The notes: a model not told the origin generated them from the sequence alone. A stretch of 60,297 nucleotides of DNA from an uncultured Candidatus Saccharibacteria bacterium (GCA_964592365.1 CAZQDL010000004.1:1-60297); one strand, 5' to 3'. Shown: positions 17,485 to 25,902, numbered from the stretch's first letter. Numbers and translations are program-made.

Positions 17485-17589
17485 ATTAGATATATGCAGT
17501 ATGCCGATTGTTCTGTAATAATGGATAACCCCTCTTAAGCTCTAATAACAAAAGGCCAATCTTATTGGAATTAAGAATAATTTTCTTAA

Positions 17590-17621
17590 ATAAAAAACCC
17601 TCAAACTTACGGTTGAGGGTT
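17590..17621 (-). terminator. intrinsic terminator after the 86-aa ORF
   Basis: On the minus strand, AACCCTCAA-CCGTAAGT-TTGAGGGTT followed by TTTTTTA. Confidence 0.7.
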
Positions 17622-17626
17622 GTTAT

Positions 17627-17887
17627 CTAATTAATTTTCTTTTCTATAATCAACATTTTTTGCTGTATAGGGAATTCTGGCTTTCCAAGTTTCTTTTCAA
17701 GAAGTTGAATTACCTGATCAATTTTTGAGTAATATAACTCATCAGGAACTATCATCAAAACCTGAACAAGTTCAGCTAACTCTTTGAATGTACTTGCTTT
17801 TAGATTTACGTCAAAATCATACTCATGGTAGTTAAAACCTCTTAATACATTCTCATGAAAAACATCGAACTCAACCTCTTTAAACAA
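17627..17887 (-). CDS. hypothetical protein
   Basis: 86-aa ORF starting at a TTG, with the reading frame still open upstream. Followed by a clean terminator. Confidence 0.4.
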   Translation of the reverse strand: MFKEVEFDVFHENVLRGFNYHEYDFDVNLKASTFKELAELVQVLMIVPDELYYSKIDQVIQLLEKKLGKPEFPIQQKMLIIEKKIN

Positions 17888-18078
17888 ATCTTTGGTAAAA
17901 TCAATAAGATCCCCGTGAAATCTTTGTTTGAGTTGTGTAGAGTCATCTTGTATTAATAAAATAGAAATACAAAAACAGCTTATTAACTATTTAAAAGAAC
18001 AGTTAGAAATACAGGAAGAAGTAATGTCTGAACTTGAAAAGTATAACTTTAAATAAAATTAAAAAATAAAAAAACACC

Positions 18079-18501
18079 CTAGACTGTTTTTTTATTTGAA
18101 ACTTTGAGACTCAGGCTTGTCTTATATACACTGAATATTATCAATACTAAACTCGCCACAAGTATAAGTGAACCAGCAAATTCTTCTGGAAAAAAAACCA
18201 TATTAGCAGAAAAGTATGTTGGGTAATACCAGAAGAATTGTGTGGCAAAGAGTGAAATAATTACTAGAATGACAATAGGTACCACAAAAGGAAGAATTTT
18301 TTTACCTTTAACGAAATCAATAAGGAGATAATTTAGAAAAAGAGTTAAACCTAGTATTGCAAGTGCCGTAGTTATAATAATTTGCGGAGTTGCGTATACA
18401 AAAGAGGTTCCCTGTATAAATGGTTGCGTACGTACATGACTCAAAATTATTGAAGCAATAAGTGATAATGCTAGTACTGTTTTGTTGGTTAAATTGTTCA
18501 T
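18079..18501 (-). CDS. hypothetical polytopic membrane protein
   Basis: Four hydrophobic helices. Start set at ATG 18501 (MNNLTNKTVLALSLIASIIL) to avoid overlap with the metK 3-prime end. Confidence 0.5.
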   Translation of the reverse strand: MNNLTNKTVLALSLIASIILSHVRTQPFIQGTSFVYATPQIIITTALAILGLTLFLNYLLIDFVKGKKILPFVVPIVILVIISLFATQFFWYYPTYFSANMVFFPEEFAGSLILVASLVLIIFSVYKTSLSLKVSNKKTV

Positions 18502-18550
18502 ATTTTTATAATAATTAACTAATAAATTACCATGTAACACTGATAGTATA

Positions 18551-19483
18551 TCAGTAGATCTTAATAAACTCATAAATATCTTTCATATCACAATTATAAT
18601 CTTTAATTTCATGTGGAACTAAATTTACATAAGCAATTTTCTGAACTGGTTCTGGAATTCCTATAGCGTAGGCGAGCTCTATGCGAACTTCGTTTGCATT
18701 GTGTTTTTGTAGTAATTGTTGAGCGATATGCTGTGCATATTTGGATCCACTACGGTCAACCTTAGTCCAGTCTTTACCGGAGAATGCACCGCCACCAACA
18801 GGTACTCGTGGGCCATATTGATCAATAACAATCTTACGACCTGTCAGTCCTGCGTCAGCTTCGAAACCACCAATATTCCATTCTCCAGCTGGATTAACTA
18901 ATAATTTAATATCATCAACTAATGATTTCTTATCTGTTAACCACTGGATAATATCTTCCGTGAGCTGTTGTGTTTGCGTTCCCTGAAAACTCGCAACAAT
19001 ATGTGTGATCTCGTGCTTATGGTTAATGGTAACTTGAGTTTTTCCATCTACTGGATATTTCTCATATAAGTAATTACATAATGATTTTGCAAGATAAAAT
19101 TCTTGAGGAATCATTTCCTCATTATGATTACAAGCATATCCTATAACAATTCCTTGATCTCCTGCACCCCCTGTGTCTACACCATGTGCTATTTCAGGTG
19201 ATTGCTGAACAATGTGTACTATGACATCATAGGTATCAAAGCCTGTGATATCTGCGACTATTTGTTCGTATTGCAATTGTGTAATAGTTCCCGTGCTAGT
19301 GACTTCACCAACAATGAATACCTTGCCATGACCACCGAGTGTCTCGACTGCAACACGACTATGTGAATCCTGAGCAATAAATTTTTCTAATATTGCATCT
19401 GATATACGATCACACATCTTGTCTGGATGTTTTGGTGATACGTATTCCGCGGTGTATGAAGGCTTGTATATTTGGGTGCTCAT
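18551..19483 (-). CDS. metK: S-adenosylmethionine synthetase (short, about 310 aa)
   Basis: KHPDKMCDRISDAILE, GAGDQGI, GGGAFSGKD(W)TKVDRSG motifs. Start at ATG 19483 (MSTQIYK); the track start is an upstream TTG. Confidence 0.88.
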   Translation of the reverse strand: MSTQIYKPSYTAEYVSPKHPDKMCDRISDAILEKFIAQDSHSRVAVETLGGHGKVFIVGEVTSTGTITQLQYEQIVADITGFDTYDVIVHIVQQSPEIAHGVDTGGAGDQGIVIGYACNHNEEMIPQEFYLAKSLCNYLYEKYPVDGKTQVTINHKHEITHIVASFQGTQTQQLTEDIIQWLTDKKSLVDDIKLLVNPAGEWNIGGFEADAGLTGRKIVIDQYGPRVPVGGGAFSGKDWTKVDRSGSKYAQHIAQQLLQKHNANEVRIELAYAIGIPEPVQKIAYVNLVPHEIKDYNCDMKDIYEFIKIY

Positions 19484-19484
19484 A

Positions 19485-19667
19485 TTAGTTGATTTCAATG
19501 ATTACTTTGTTCTCTCGTAATATTTTGTAAGCTGCTTGGAAATCCAGATTATGTTTCTTTTGAAGTTGTTGAATGCTATGTATCATCGCTAGAGGCACTT
19601 TTCCTTGGGTGTCTTTCCAGTAATCTAATAGCGTTTCGTAATTTTCATAGTTAAGTTTTGTTTTCAT
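19485..19667 (-). CDS. hypothetical 60-aa protein co-transcribed with metK
   Basis: MKTKLNYENYETLLDYWKDTQGKVPLAMIHSIQQLQKKHNLDFQAAYKILRENKVIIEIN. The ATG directly follows the riboswitch terminator, and the stop lies 1 nt before the metK ATG. Confidence 0.5.
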   Translation of the reverse strand: MKTKLNYENYETLLDYWKDTQGKVPLAMIHSIQQLQKKHNLDFQAAYKILRENKVIIEIN

Positions 19668-19816
19668 AAAAAATAAAAGTATATTAATTGAATAATATAC
19701 TTTCATCGATATCTCTGAGTTTTGGGTCATCAGCTGTAAATGGAGCACCTTGTGACAAGTCATAGGTTGCTGGTAGGTCATAGAGTTACATCTCTCGCTA
19801 CACTCTCGATGAAAGT
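19668..19816 (-). promoter_or_regulatory. SAM-I (S-box) riboswitch with terminator expression platform
   Basis: Minus strand reads CUUUCAUCGAGAG-UGUAG-CGAGAGAUGUAACUCUAUGA-CCUAC-CAGCAACC-UAUGACUUGUCACAAGGUGCU..CUGA..UCAGAGAUAUCGAUGAAAG. P1 is UUUCAUCGA/UCGAUGAAA. GCAACC, AAGGUGC and AGAGAU cores and a K-turn-like GA/AUGA are present. A terminator AAAGTATATTA-TTCAAT-TAATATACTTT plus U run lies at 19676-19703. The -10 TATACT is at 19823-19828. Confidence 0.8.
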
Positions 19817-19876
19817 AATGACAGTATATCATAATTATGCTTAGCAAACCTAGTAATCTCTGGCATTAATATATAC

Positions 19877-20344
19877 ATGGAAGAAATACCATTAAAATAT
19901 TTTTTATATGCTAGAAAATCCACCGAAGGTGATGAAAAGCAAGCACTGTCTATTGATTCACAGATTAAAGAAATGCTTCAGATTGCCGAACGAGAGAAAC
20001 TTACTATCACCGAGATACGTAAAGAGTCTCATTCTGCAATGGAATCAAGCCAACGACCTGTATTTGAAGAAATTGTAAAAGATATTGATACCGGGCTGTT
20101 TAATGGAATCATTACATGGGCACCAGATAGGCTTTCTCGTAATGCAGGAGATCTTGGAAAACTGGTAGATAGAATGGACCAAAAGAAGCTAATTCAGATC
20201 AAAACATTCGGTCAGACTTTTACCAATTCACCCAGTGATAAGTTTCTGCTAATGATCCTTTGTAGTCAGGCAAAACTCGAAAATGACAACAAAAGTATTA
20301 ACGTAAAGCGTGGTATGAGAACTAGATGTGAGCAAAGATTATAG
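19877..20344 (+). pseudogene. serine recombinase, catalytic domain only (C-terminally truncated)
   Basis: YARKSTEGD (nucleophile Ser) and ITWAPDRLSRN motifs. It ends after the start of the E-helix (AKLENDNKSINVKRGMRTRCEQ), with no DNA-binding or recombinase domain. Confidence 0.7.
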
Positions 20345-20700
20345 CTCGGCAAAGCATCTTTCTTTTTCTGAAGGGTGAGTCAAAAGTTATTAATTCTACA
20401 GATGCTTCTTCTCATTGGAGACCTTCGAGTCTACTTAGTTTTCATTTACCTCGGTTTGTCCTTCTGGCTAAGTCAAAAACCTATGCTGAGGGTCTTGCTA
20501 AAGCTATTGGTGTTCCGCACGCTCAGGAAGTTCAAATACTTCTTTCAAATAAAACACCAAATATCTCAAAAATGTACTCAGGGGTTTCTATTATTTGGCG
20601 AAGTGAAATAGACTCAAAGTATATTCAGGAAATAGGAACTAGATAATAAAAAACTGCCTCACAAAGTAGGGGATTTTTACTCCCAATTTTAATAATTACT

Positions 20701-22209
20701 TTAAGAAAGCAAAGCTCTCAGATTTGAAGACATAATAGATTTAATAGTGCTAATAAGCTCACTATTGTCATCGTTTGTAGTCTTCAGCTCAGCGGAAGCA
20801 AGAGCATAGATCAAAAAGTCTATACCTGCAGTAATGTCTTTTCGATCCTTATTCACAAGAACTATTTTCTCGTAGAAAGGGTGATCTACATTCCACTGTA
20901 TGACGATAACCTTACCTTCTTGGTAACAATCGTACATAGAGCCTTCTCGCCCCATTGAAAGGGTTTCAAACCTTGCACCTAGTCCTGCGGGAGATAGTTT
21001 CGTCTCTTTAGGGTTTCTTGTTCTAGGCTCGTCATTTTCAGGCTTAACTGGTCGATCTGAAGTGTTGGTTCTTGGTTCACGTCTCTCGATCACTTTTTCA
21101 GGAGTAATAAGAAGCTTTGATTTTTTTGCAATTACTTCTGCAGACTCGCTGTGATCTATCTCTTGGGACTTATCAGCCTTCTGTGATTTGATAAACATCT
21201 TTCTTATTGATGTTATCTGTCCACCGATTTCTTGCTTCAAGAAGTCGCCTATGGCTTGATTTGGGTAGACACCGTTCTTTGTAAATCGAACTCCCATTTC
21301 ATTATCTAGGTTTGAAGTAAAAGACAGCTCAATTCTAAGACGGTTAAAGTCGTTGTGCTTCTTAAACACGTCTAGGGTTTCTCCGTTCGCTATTTCTCGA
21401 TTGTTTCTAATAACATAAAACCCCTGTGAGCGAATGTTCATCTTCATTTCACTTTCAAGTGTTTCATTTACATCAGGAAGAATTGCCAACTTCACTCTGA
21501 TCTTTTCCTTACCGTTTCGAGAAGGTACCTCGTATTCTTCATCAGAATAAATCTGAGTACCTTCAACATCAGTCATCAGTGGATCAGTAGCTGGTACTTT
21601 CTTATTGTTTACTGATATTACAATTCCTACCTCAATAAACTTTCTGTAGATACGCCCCATATCTTTAGCAAGGTTGTTTGCAAAGATTGTTGGATTTGTA
21701 TTTGTTAGACGGTCTGTTTTACTCAACACGACCACAGTACCGTGATCATCGTTTACATGATCTTTGAACAAGGCAATTTCTTCTTTGTTAGCCTTTCGTA
21801 GTTCTTTGATAAACTCGTCTGTTTCTACAACTTCATCGAGGTCTTGGGAACTATAAAGATAGTCGCCGTTTGCTTGCTTTGTAATAACTTGCAAACTTTT
21901 CGCCATTGATATTGATGCGGTACAGAGTCCCATACCGTACTTACCAAGATCAGACATTTCATCTTTTTGAGTTGCTGAACCAAGTTTTAGAGCTTGGTCA
22001 AGCACATCTTCAGGCATTCCTGATCCATTATCAGCAATGATGATACGAACGTCTTTATCGACTGTATTAATCGCTACGTTTACGTTTCTAGCACCTGCAT
22101 CGATAGAGTTATCGATGATATCCTCAATAGCAGTGTAATTGCTATCATAACCCGTGTTTCGCAAAGAAGAGAGGAGCTTCCCTGCATTCGGGTGATTTTT
22201 AATTGACAT
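20701..22209 (-). CDS. GHKL-superfamily ATPase (HATPase_c_3 / MORC-like), C-terminal domain unknown
   Basis: N box EDIIDNSIDAGA, G1 box IADNGSGM, G2 box GKYGMGL. Intact 502-aa ORF. Confidence 0.8.
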   Translation of the reverse strand: MSIKNHPNAGKLLSSLRNTGYDSNYTAIEDIIDNSIDAGARNVNVAINTVDKDVRIIIADNGSGMPEDVLDQALKLGSATQKDEMSDLGKYGMGLCTASISMAKSLQVITKQANGDYLYSSQDLDEVVETDEFIKELRKANKEEIALFKDHVNDDHGTVVVLSKTDRLTNTNPTIFANNLAKDMGRIYRKFIEVGIVISVNNKKVPATDPLMTDVEGTQIYSDEEYEVPSRNGKEKIRVKLAILPDVNETLESEMKMNIRSQGFYVIRNNREIANGETLDVFKKHNDFNRLRIELSFTSNLDNEMGVRFTKNGVYPNQAIGDFLKQEIGGQITSIRKMFIKSQKADKSQEIDHSESAEVIAKKSKLLITPEKVIERREPRTNTSDRPVKPENDEPRTRNPKETKLSPAGLGARFETLSMGREGSMYDCYQEGKVIVIQWNVDHPFYEKIVLVNKDRKDITAGIDFLIYALASAELKTTNDDNSELISTIKSIMSSNLRALLS

Positions 22210-22463
22210 ATAATTTTTATTCTACTTATTTTCGATATCCGACTAGATACCAAAAAATTAATAAACACCCTTGGTGGGGTGTTGCAGATTAAAATACAAT
22301 TTGGGAGATTTGTATTCAGTGTCTGTGATCGATATCAAAAGATACCAATACTTCATCAAGGACTAAATTAGTATATTCTTGCTACAAGTTGTTGTCAACA
22401 GTTTGATGCTGTAGATACCTGTAAAGCTATTAAAAGTTGGGCCAAAAAAGTTAAAATGTATAT

Positions 22464-22935
22464 GTGAACCTCTTAGATCAAATAACAACCGTACAGCAAC
22501 CAACAGCGATCCTACAGCAACAAAACAAGCCGATTGCTGATATTGAACCTGCAAATCTGAGGTATGCAATTTATGTTAGAAAGTCTACAGAAGAAGACAC
22601 AAAACAAGTTCAATCTATTGATGATCAACTAGCTGAATGTAAGCTCACTGCACAGAAACACCGCATTGTTTTTTTAGAGGAAAACATCATCAGGAAAAGC
22701 GGATCGACAAAAGTCTCAGGTATTCGCCCTCTTTTCAGAAAGATGTTGCAGAGAATTAGCGATGATGAACTTGATGGAATTATCGCATGGCACCCTGACA
22801 GATTGAGCCGTAACATGCTCGAAGCAGGAGAGATAATCGATATGCTCGACAAGTATGTTATTCGAGATTTGAAGTTTGCCAACCACCCTTTTTCAAACCA
22901 TCCTGCAGGTAAGATGCTTCTCGGTATCTTGTTTG
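22464..22935 (+). pseudogene. serine recombinase fragment, truncated at the junction with tRNA-Glu
   Basis: YVRKSTEED and IAWHPDRLSRN motifs. Homology stops at ..GKMLLGILFV, at codon 158 (22935-22937), and the remainder of the track ORF is read-through of the tRNA gene. No ATG start. Confidence 0.7.
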
Positions 22936-23007
22936 TGACCCCACGGAGAATCGAACTCCGATTTCCAGGATGAGAACCTGATGTCCTAACCGTTAGACGA
23001 TGGGGCC
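22936..23007 (-). tRNA. tRNA-Glu(CTC)
   Basis: Reverse complement is GGCCCCA-TC-GTCT-AACGGTTA-GGAC-A-TCAGG-TTCTCAT-CCTGG-AAAT-CGGAG-TTCGATT-CTCCG-TGGGGTC-A. Confidence 0.88.
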
Positions 23008-23080
23008 AATGTGAGTATCATATAATATTATGTAATCTTTTCAATTAAAAAAAGCATGAATGAATTCATGCTTTTTGATA

Positions 23081-23482
23081 TTAATACCTCCTTCTAAATA
23101 TTCTGTAGGGAAGGGGTGAATGAAAGAAATACTGCGATCCCCCGTTAAATGCCAATGTGGCATTCCATGGGTTAGAAAAATCAGCTCCGTAATATGATAT
23201 GTTACGTCTAAATATACGAACAGGTGGGTCAAAGAAATACTGTGAACCTCCATTGAATGCAATACTGGCATTCAATGGGTTAGAAAAATCAGCACCTCTA
23301 TGATACTGAGAGTAAGAAACTCTTCTTACCGGAGAGACAACATTAACATTAACGTGCACCTGTACTTGTTTACGATAATGTTGATTCAAGTAAATCTTGC
23401 CATTTTTCTTGTAATATCTTGTTTGCTGACCATGAAGGTACATTGTACCTAAACTCATGATAATAATTATTAATTTTTTCAT
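23081..23482 (-). CDS. small secreted protein with two tandem GADFSNPxNAxxAFNGGSQYFF repeats
   Basis: Signal peptide MKKLIIIIMSLGTMYLHG. Two ~34-aa repeats are visible at both protein and DNA level. Confidence 0.55.
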   Translation of the reverse strand: MKKLIIIIMSLGTMYLHGQQTRYYKKNGKIYLNQHYRKQVQVHVNVNVVSPVRRVSYSQYHRGADFSNPLNASIAFNGGSQYFFDPPVRIFRRNISYYGADFSNPWNATLAFNGGSQYFFHSPLPYRIFRRRY

Positions 23483-23543
23483 CTGTTATGTTTTTAAATT
23501 TACTGTTTATCATACAACACATAACAAAAAAAGCTAGTATAAA

Positions 23544-24629
23544 CTAGCTTTCTCTAAACGGAAGAGAAAGGATATCATTTTCTAATTCAGGTGAACTTCC
23601 TGTTATTTTTGTTACATCCTTATCAATTTTTTTAAGTTCACTTGATGCTTTGTTGTAGTGATTCACCGTACTTCCTAAGGTATTACCAATTTTCTCATAG
23701 AGTTCTTGATATGCTTTTAGGTGTCTCCCTAATTTCTCAACATTTTTTTGAATCTCTACTGCTGATTTTTCAATTTGAAATGCTTTGAATCCATAGAGTA
23801 CTGATTGAAGGTAAGCACTGAAGGTAGTAGGTGATACGATAATTACCTTTTTGTCATTGTATGCGTAGTCAATAAGGTTTCGTGTATTTGCCTTTACTGA
23901 ACCCACTTGGTTGATTAATAAGTCATAGTAAATACCTTCTGCTGGAATGAACATAAAGGCAAAAGGAAGAGTTCCTTCACTTGGCCTAATGTACTGTGCT
24001 GTTTCATCAATACGCTTCTTCAAATCATTTTTGAAATCTCTTTCAAGTTCAATTTTTCTTTGTTCATCAGTTTCATCCATTAATCTTCTGTAATTGTCCA
24101 TTGAAAACTTTGCATCAACAGGGATAAACTTATCCTGTTCAGTATAGATAACTGCATCAACAATCTTCCCATCATTAAATCCATACTGTAGTTGATAGTT
24201 TGTAGGAGAGAGAATATTTGAAAGAATTAGTTCAAGACCCATTTCTCCTAAGGTTCCACGATTCTTTTGATTTTTTAACACCTTCTCAAGATCTTTGAGC
24301 TGACCTGCTAGTTCAAAAACCTGCTTGTTTGTCTCTTTAGTTTCTGCAACTTCTTTTGTTACATTTTGTAACTGCTGATTAACTTGGGTATTAATCTGTT
24401 GTACCAATTTTTGTGATTGGTTGAACTGATCTTGTACCACCTGTGACATATTTTTACTCGATCGAGACACTTGTTCATCAAGACTGTCACGAAGTTGATT
24501 CATCTGTTGTAGCAAAAGACCCATAGCTTCGCTATTTTCTTTTGGCTTCTGATGCTTTTTCATTTCTAAAATAAGCCAAGTAAGGAGTATGATAATTCCA
24601 ATACCAATAATAAGTAATATGATTTCCAT
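23544..24629 (-). CDS. rmuC: DNA recombination protein RmuC
   Basis: N-terminal TM, long coiled coil, and a C-terminal RmuC nuclease-like region (VDAKFSMDNY, FMFIPAEGIY). Confidence 0.85.
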   Translation of the reverse strand: MEIILLIIGIGIIILLTWLILEMKKHQKPKENSEAMGLLLQQMNQLRDSLDEQVSRSSKNMSQVVQDQFNQSQKLVQQINTQVNQQLQNVTKEVAETKETNKQVFELAGQLKDLEKVLKNQKNRGTLGEMGLELILSNILSPTNYQLQYGFNDGKIVDAVIYTEQDKFIPVDAKFSMDNYRRLMDETDEQRKIELERDFKNDLKKRIDETAQYIRPSEGTLPFAFMFIPAEGIYYDLLINQVGSVKANTRNLIDYAYNDKKVIIVSPTTFSAYLQSVLYGFKAFQIEKSAVEIQKNVEKLGRHLKAYQELYEKIGNTLGSTVNHYNKASSELKKIDKDVTKITGSSPELENDILSLPFRES

Positions 24630-24654
24630 GGGTATAGTATACCGTAAAAAAACA

Positions 24655-25377
24655 CTACAGGTGAAGGTAGTGTTTTAGGGTATGAATCCAATCCTCATCT
24701 GGACCATCAGGATCCTGTTCTTTTTGAGTAAGCAGCCACTTGAGATATCCTGGATCATTTTTTGCAATGTTTTCTAGATTTTCACCTCGATATTTTCCAA
24801 AATTAAAGCTTCGATAGAGTATTGGTTCCTCTGAAATACGTATCATCTTTTCAATTGCTTCTTCACTTGAGCAGTTGGTATCTTCTACCATCTTTTTTAA
24901 CATTCTGAAAAAGAGTTGTTCAAGTACTAAAATATCCCCCCACGCATCATGGGCAGTTGCTTCAACATCAATACCAAGAAGGTAACGAAGATACTGAAGA
25001 GAATATGATTCGATACTTCCTTTAGGATCAAGATGTCGTGCAACTTTCAAAGTATCAATTACTTTTCCTACCTTAAGACCCTCTTTCTCAATCATGTTGA
25101 CATCAAAAGGAGCATTGTGTGCAACAAATATCTGTCCTGATGAAAAACGTTTCTGTAGATCAATTGCTTCTTTACTTCCTTTGAACATTGGTTTTCCTGC
25201 AACCATTGCTTCGGTAATATGATGTACCGCCATTGCAGAAATGCTAATCTTCATATTTGGTTTGTAGAGTTCATTAACATCAACTCCATCAGTTGTTCTG
25301 TACGCTACTTGGATAAGGGTATCATCTTTTCCTGCACCGGTTGTTTCAGTATCTATGAAAATAAGGGTATGGTTCAT
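24655..25377 (-). CDS. DEDDh 3-prime-5-prime exonuclease (ExoX/DnaQ-like) with C-terminal DUF3820-like domain
   Basis: Exo I FIDTETTG, Exo II VAHNAPFDVNM, Exo III HDAWGD. C-terminus KYRGENLENIAKNDPGYLKWLL. Confidence 0.85.
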   Translation of the reverse strand: MNHTLIFIDTETTGAGKDDTLIQVAYRTTDGVDVNELYKPNMKISISAMAVHHITEAMVAGKPMFKGSKEAIDLQKRFSSGQIFVAHNAPFDVNMIEKEGLKVGKVIDTLKVARHLDPKGSIESYSLQYLRYLLGIDVEATAHDAWGDILVLEQLFFRMLKKMVEDTNCSSEEAIEKMIRISEEPILYRSFNFGKYRGENLENIAKNDPGYLKWLLTQKEQDPDGPDEDWIHTLKHYLHL

Positions 25378-25401
25378 ATCTAAAGTGTACCAAAAAATGA
25401 T

Positions 25402-25902
25402 CTATATCAGAAGATATAGATCATTGCTATGTTTAAATATTTTTTTTAAAGAATTGTTTCTTTCTTTAAAAATCTCATAAAGAATGTAACGGTGTAAGAG
25501 AATTTTTTCAATTTCACCACATGCTCTATCTTCAGATGAAAGATTAATGTAAATATCTTCGCTTTCAAATGAAAGTATGAGTATATCATTTGAATAGTCT
25601 ATATCTTCTAGGATAAGTTCAATAGAAGATTTGGACCATTTCTCTTTGTGCTTTTGATATACATCGCTATGCAATGTTGGAATATCAATTTTTCTTGATT
25701 GATATGCTCTGTTCTCCCAGAACACTGAATCAATCAAATTGATATACATGTTTTTTAACGAAGGTGGTAAACATGCATCATTGATAATCATCTTTCTATC
25801 AGAGTTATAATTATCTTCTGAATAGCTAAAGCTTCTCTTGGTATCTTTATTACAAGATAGTAATAAGAGAATAAAACAGGTAAGAGGAAATATTCTTTTC
25901 AT
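25402..25902 (-). CDS. hypothetical lipoprotein
   Basis: Signal peptide with lipobox-like LLLLSC. No homolog recognised. Confidence 0.5.
   Translation of the reverse strand: MKRIFPLTCFILLLLSCNKDTKRSFSYSEDNYNSDRKMIINDACLPPSLKNMYINLIDSVFWENRAYQSRKIDIPTLHSDVYQKHKEKWSKSSIELILEDIDYSNDILILSFESEDIYINLSSEDRACGEIEKILLHRYILYEIFKERNNSLKKIFKHSNDLYLLI

Noticed and set aside
17888-18078. Possible small gene or ncRNA in the 190-nt gap between the 86-aa ORF and the membrane protein
   Set aside because: Only a 10-codon ATG ORF and a start-less coiled-coil-like frame are present. I could see no stable structure or known RNA motif.
19485-19847. 120-aa ORF upstream of metK
   Set aside because: Its N-terminal 60 codons run through a well-formed SAM-I aptamer and its terminator. 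Only the last 60 codons (from ATG 19667) are plausibly coding.
20375-20611. 78-aa track ORF (MSQKLLILQMLLLIGDL..)
   Set aside because: It has a GTG start and Leu-rich low-complexity sequence, and it lies in a decayed region where another frame stays open longer. It is most likely non-coding.
19877-22935. The two recombinase fragments forming an invertible or excisable switch around the ATPase
   Set aside because: Both fragments lack DNA-binding domains and one lacks a start codon. I could not see flanking inverted or direct repeats, so an active switch is unlikely.
22936-22973. C-terminal extension (TPRRIELRFPG) of the second recombinase ORF
   Set aside because: This stretch is the antisense of tRNA-Glu. 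Recombinase homology stops at the tRNA boundary.
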